The position numbers were made by a program, and so were the translations under genes. A DNA stretch of 64,000 nucleotides from the human T2T-CHM13v2.0 reference genome, Homo sapiens. The stretch lies in NCBI RefSeq assembly GCF_009914755.1, contig NC_060938.1. One strand, written 5' to 3'. The notes beneath the pieces were generated by a model. That model was not told the DNA's origin. It made no database searches and was given only the letters and a program-made list of their open reading frames with translations. Below are positions 58,316-64,000 of this stretch, one piece after another (position 1 is the stretch's first letter; the number at the start of each line of letters is the position of its first letter).

Positions 58316-60350
58316 AGCTACTGAAAGGCTCCGAGCTTCTGTTCTTTTACCTGTAAAAGGAAGATGATCATTGCAACCAAGTCAAAAATTATTGTAGGAG
58401 TAAAGGAGATAACACATACAAAGTGTTTGGCTAAGTACCTGACACACATATTTAACACTCAAAGGGGTTCATTATTAAGATCATTAATAAAATGGAAGCA
58501 TCTTTATTCCCATTTTACAGACAAGGCAACTGAGGCTCAGAGAGTTTAAGTAACTTGCCAACATCACGTATTAAGTCGTGGGGCTGGGATTTAAGCCTGT
58601 ATGTAGATATATATTTTTTCCCGCTGCCACTTTATACGGCCTCTTGTTCTTTTAAGCTACTTGGTAGAAGTTTTGATTAGAATCGAAAGTTTCCAGAGGA
58701 AGCTGGGAAGGGCATGTAGAAGCTTGTCTTTGAGGTTTGTGAAAAATGTGTGGGAATCAGCTTCAAAGCAAGTAGAAAGAAGACCCACATGTACAATAGA
58801 TCTGTGATAAAGCCTTCTATGGGAATCCAACTAAAGAGTGATAAAGCACTGCAGTTAAACAAGCCCCCCCGCCACCAAAAGCCAGTGTTTGAGTCTGCCC
58901 GACGGTGCAGAAAATTAAAGTTGAACCAATGTACTTCCCAGAAATTTTAATGGTTTTCAGGGTTATTTTTAACTACTTGCCAAATCGTTAGAACTAGACA
59001 AAAAAGCCATTAGAATTTTTGTTCTTTACACAATTTGCACAACCCCACTGGCAGTTTATCTTTTTCTTTTTCCACTGCAGGATAATGGAAGTAATCATTC
59101 CATTTGTAAATAACTCTCCTGAGCACCTTTGGTTGAGAGTAGGAGGAACATAAGATGAAAAGTAAAATGAATAAGAAACCCTTTCTGTAGAATTGAAAAC
59201 CCGCAGGAAACAACAAAGTTTTTAAAAAATTTAAAATATCAGTTAGCCAGAAAGGGTGGTTCCAGCCCTCAGTAGCCACACTGCTGAGCGTTATTATTAC
59301 CAAGACACTGTGGGCTGAAATCTCACCGTTGGTCTCTGGGCAGGATAAGATTCAAGAGGAAATAAATGAAATCTTCTTGGTCTCTTCTCTCCACTTGTTC
59401 TGTTAGAGACTCTGCAGGTCACTTCAAGAAAGTAGCCTTGCATTTCACATTGACCAAGTACATTGGCACAAACATAATTAGCTGCTCTGAATCCCATACT
59501 GGGGATAGGAGAGGCTGGGCAGCACCGTGGAGTGCAGACGGGCATCTTCCACCTGGAAGAGAAGGTTGTTCTCCCAGGCTGAGTCAGGGGGCACTCAGAC
59601 GCCACCAGCATTGATATGGCAGAGGATAAAAAGGAACTTCTAACCAGGAGTTGTTTTGTACACAAAGTCACCCCTCTCTATGGATGCACATGAATTGTGC
59701 CTCTACCGATTGGAGTCTTTGGACCAGGAGAGTAAAAATCCAATCTTCGAACTTTTCATCCAAGGCTAACTTTTGCTGAGAACACTTCCTTTTACTGCTA
59801 TGCCCTCACCCTGCTTGCAAATCCAAACTTCAAGAAGCTCCCTTCCCTCCATTTCTGGCCCTGAGAGAAATAAATTATTTTGTGGAAAGAAAGTAATTGT
59901 ATATAAATGGCTTGCATTATAGAGCTGGAAAATCCAAGCAAAAAAAAAAAAAACAAAAAAAGTTATTAGACACAATTAACATGCTCAAAATTTTAAAGTG
60001 GTCAGTTATGAAGTTAGTCAATAGTTTTCCTACATATAGTTTAAAAGGCAGCCAGAAAATGGAAGAAAAGACCTTATGCACAAAAGGAACAAAATATAGA
60101 AAACATCTAAGAATGATATTAGCAAGAAATATGCAGGAGCTTTAGAAGAATAAAAAAGAAAACTTGGGCCACATAAAGATGAGAGTAAGAGAAGAGATTC
60201 ACTGTGTTCTTAGATCGGAAGACTCTACAGTGCATATAATGTACATTTCTCTGAACTGATTTTTATATTCAGTGTCAATCCTATCAACAACTTGGCAGGA
60301 TTTTTTTTTTTTGGACTCTGGACAAAGGGAGTCTAAAATTCATTTGGAAG

Positions 60351-61025
60351 TGTTACAGTGGAAGAGATCGGAGTTACCCTGAGTTACCAGCAGTGAATCC
60401 GTACTTGTCTGCAGGAACTTCAATTCTTACCTCCTCAGAAAGAATTTGCCAGGGGGCATGAAGCAGAAAAAGAGAGTGAGGAGAGCTCCAGAGCAGGAGT
60501 GGAAGTCTGTTAAAAAGGCTTTAGAACAGGAAAGAAAGGAAAGAGCCCTTGGAAGAGATCCAAGTGGGCACCTTAAGGTCAAAGAAAGAAAAAGGAGCTG
60601 CCTTTAACCTTGACCCTAGAACTTTACAGTCTTGTCTCTGTCCCATGATACTTCCCTTAGAGTGGGCTTCCCGCATGCGCAGTACTTTCCTTACCCTTTG
60701 GAACTGAGCACCTGCAATTGTGTTTAGGGAGATAAATGCACGCCCATCTGAGAGTTTCTTCTCTTTTCCCGCGGTGTGTACCTGGGAGATCATACTTAGC
60801 CATGTGCATGTCCAGGAAGTTGCTTCTCCCTGGGATCTACATTCAATTAACATTTTGATGTTAACAGGTGTGGACTGTCAGGAAATGGCCTCTTCCTGGT
60901 GCCGGCTGCCAATTTACCACTTTTAGAGAGGCAGTGCGATAATTGCCAAACCATCACCCGACATGTCTAGTGGGTCGGTGGGAGACCCCTCTCTGGGCCC
61001 CACTCATGCCTAACTACCTATAACA
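60351..61025 (-). mobile_element. LTR9-family solo LTR (ERV1) within an old L1M fragment
   Basis: Minus strand begins TGTTATAGGTAGTTAGGCATGAG; ccacacctgttaacatcaaaatgttaattgaatg; ends GTAACA; TSD gaag/gaat. Confidence 0.8.
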
Positions 61026-61858
61026 GAATTATTTCATTAAGAAACTGTGGAAAATGTTTTTAAAATAAGAACAATATGAGGGACTTCTTTTAATACATTT
61101 ACAGTTATTAACACATGAGGTACCAAGGTACAGGACCACAGACACCCTAGCCAACAAAGAATCACTTTGAAATAGATTCAATAGATACACTTGAAATAGA
61201 TTCAAGTGTACATAAAAATTTGATTTACAAATGATTACAATTCAAATCAACTATGGCTACCCAGCTGATTTGATACAACTCATTTGGAAAATAATCTGGA
61301 AGCCATGATTCAATATCCTGTAAATTATGTATCTTTTGAGTGATCAATTTTAACTTTATGATTACATTCCAAGGATATGCATCTTGGGTTTTTTTTTATT
61401 CCAAGACTTTTTTTTTTTTTTTTAGGGCAGTTTTAGGTTTATAGCAAAATTGAGAGGAAGGTACCAAGATTTCCCATATACTCACTGGCCCCACCAATGC
61501 ATAGCCTCCCACATTGTCAACATCACCACCAGAGCAGTGCATTCGTTATAACAGATGAAACTGCATTGACACATCATAGTCACTCAAAGTCCATAATGTA
61601 CATTAGGGTTGACTCTTGGTGTTGCACATTCTATGGGCACACATACATGTGCAATATATAAAGTTGTATATTATACTTGTTGGACAAACATATAATGACA
61701 TGTCTCCATCATTATAGTATCATACAGAATACTTACACTGCCATAAACATCCTCTGTGCTCTGCCTATTTACCCCCACTTCAATCCTAGCAACTACTGAG
61801 GTTGTTTTTTTTTTTTCCGTGTCCACAGTATTGCCTTTTCCAGAATGTCATATAATTG

Positions 61859-62292
61859 TGTTATCGAAAGACCACAGGTTTGATCTAGGTCCTTGTTGCT
61901 GGCTACGCAGAAAGCCAATCACTGAGGCAATGAGTATTGCCAGGGAGGAAGGCTTTTTATTTGGGTGACATCAGTCAGAGAGATGGGTGCCAACCCTCAA
62001 ATCCATTTCCCTTAACTAACTAACATCTGGGGTTTATATAGTGGGGAATGTAGCTATGTGCAGGAAAACAGGAATTAGGGAGGGGTAAGGAAGCAATCAT
62101 GATGAATGAGGGGTCTGCGTCTCATTGTCTTGATGTGGTGATCTGGTGAGTTTCAGTTCTTGGATTGAGGGTCAGTTTCCTGAGGAAGGAACTCAAAGGT
62201 AAGTTTCAAGTTTTAAGATTGGAAGGGTCAATTTCTAGATTTATTTGAAAAATTGTAAATATTAGTTCTATGAGACAATTGGGCTAGTTTCA
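61859..62292 (-). mobile_element. MER66-like solo LTR
   Basis: Minus strand begins TGAAACTAGCCCAATTGTCTCATAGAACT, ends ATAACA; TSD attg/gttg. Confidence 0.75.
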
Positions 62293-62356
62293 GTTGGAAT
62301 CACACAGTATGTAGACTTTTCAGATTGGCTTCTTTCACTTAGTAATATGCAACTAA

Positions 62357-62736
<380 letters not shown>

Positions 62737-62763
62737 CTACAGTTCATTTAGCCATTCACCTAT

Positions 62764-63159
62764 TGATGTGGTTTGGATCTGTGTCCTCACCCAAATCTCA
62801 TGTCGAATTGTAATCCCCAGTGTTGGAGGTGGGGCCTGGTGGGAGGCGATTGGATCATGGGGACAAATTTCTCCCTTTGGTACTGTTCTCATGATAGAGT
62901 TCTCATGCAATCTGATTAAAAGTATGTGGCACCTCCCCCCTCTCTCTATTGCTTCTACTCCACCATGTAAGATGCCTTGCTCCCCCTTTGCCTTCTGCCA
63001 TGATTGTAAGTTTCCTGAGGCCTCCCCAGAAGTCAAGCAGATGCCAGCATTATGCTTCCTCTGCAGCCTGCGGAACTGCAAGCCAATGAAACCTATTTCC
63101 TTTATAAATTATCCAGTTTCATGTATTTCTTTATAGCAATGCAAGAATGGACTAATACG
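62764..63159 (+). mobile_element. MSTA-like MaLR solo LTR
   Basis: tgatgtggtttggatctgtgtc...gtaagtttcctgaggcctccccagaag...ggactaatac. Confidence 0.88.
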
Positions 63160-64000
63160 TCTACTGAAGGACATCTTGGTTGGTCCCAGATTTTGGCAAT
63201 TATGAAAAATCTGCTATAGATGTATGCAGGTTTTCCGTGGACGTACGTTTTCCACTCCTGCTGGTAAGTACCAAGGAATGTGATTGATGGATCATATGGT
63301 ATGAGTATGTTTAGTTTTGTAAGAAATGGCCAAACTGCCTTCTATAGTGCCTGTACCATTTTGCATTCCCACCAGCAATGAATGAGAGTTCCTGTTGCTC
63401 TATGTCCTTGCCAGCATTTTGTTATTGGTGGTCTGGATTTTGGTCATTCTAATAGATATATAGTGGTATCTCATTGTTGTTTAACTTGCATTTCCCTGAT
63501 GAGATATGATATAGAGCATCCTTTCATTTGCTTATTTGTCATCTCTGTATCTTCTTCAGTAAGATGTCTGTTAAGGTCTTTGGCCCATTTTGTAATCAGG
63601 TTGTTTGTGTTCCTAGTGTTGAATTTTAAGAGTTCTTTGTGTATTTTGGACAACAGTCCTTTATCAGATGTGTCTTATGAAAATATTTCCTTCCTGTCAG
63701 TGGGTTACCTTCTCATTCTCTTCCCATGTCTTTTGAAAGGCAGAAGTTTAATTTTAATATAGTCCAGTTTATCCATATTTTTTCCCTGGATCGTGCCTTT
63801 GGTGTTGTGTCTAAAAAGTCATTGCTATGCCCCCAAATCATAGGTTTTTTCCTGTTATCGTCTATGAGTTTTATAACTTCATGTTTTACATTTAGGTCTG
63901 TGAGCCATTCGGAGCTAATTTTTGTGAAGGGTGTAAGTTATGTGTCTAGGTCCATTTTTTTTTTTTTTTGGCATGTGGGTGTTCAGTTGTTTCAGCACCA

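Overview
Human chromosome 14q32 serpin cluster, identified by recognising the encoded protein. The window contains the complete SERPINA1 (alpha-1-antitrypsin) gene on the minus strand. Four coding exons join as complement(14110..14755, 12389..12659, 10982..11129, 9967..10158) = 1257 nt = 418 aa + stop, with GT-AG introns throughout. Also present are non-coding exons Ia/Ib/Ic, the hepatocyte (TATA/HNF1/HNF4/FOXA) and myeloid (GC box/ETS) promoters, proximal (ATTAAA) and distal (AATAAA) poly(A) signals, and the 3' enhancer. The allele reads Arg101, Val213, Glu264, Glu342, Asp376 (mature numbering), i.e. the normal PI*M3 type, not S or Z. About 8 kb downstream (toward SERPINA2, outside the window) and about 42 kb upstream are non-coding and dominated by Alu, MIR, L1/L2, MaLR, ERV LTR and DNA-transposon relics. 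These include a degenerate two-LTR MER4-group provirus and a full-length THE1 element. No second protein-coding gene, RNA gene or CRISPR array is supported, and the other ORFs in the track look like chance or repeat-derived frames. I cannot honestly claim a wholly new biological system. The best leads are regulatory: dual-use promoter/splice sequence, a splice-controlled uORF switch, the dual-function long 3'UTR/enhancer, LCR-region motif clusters, a CpG-enriched CTCF-like island, and a recent 73-bp tandem duplication. Repeat subfamily names come from recalled consensus sequences and need RepeatMasker/Dfam confirmation.
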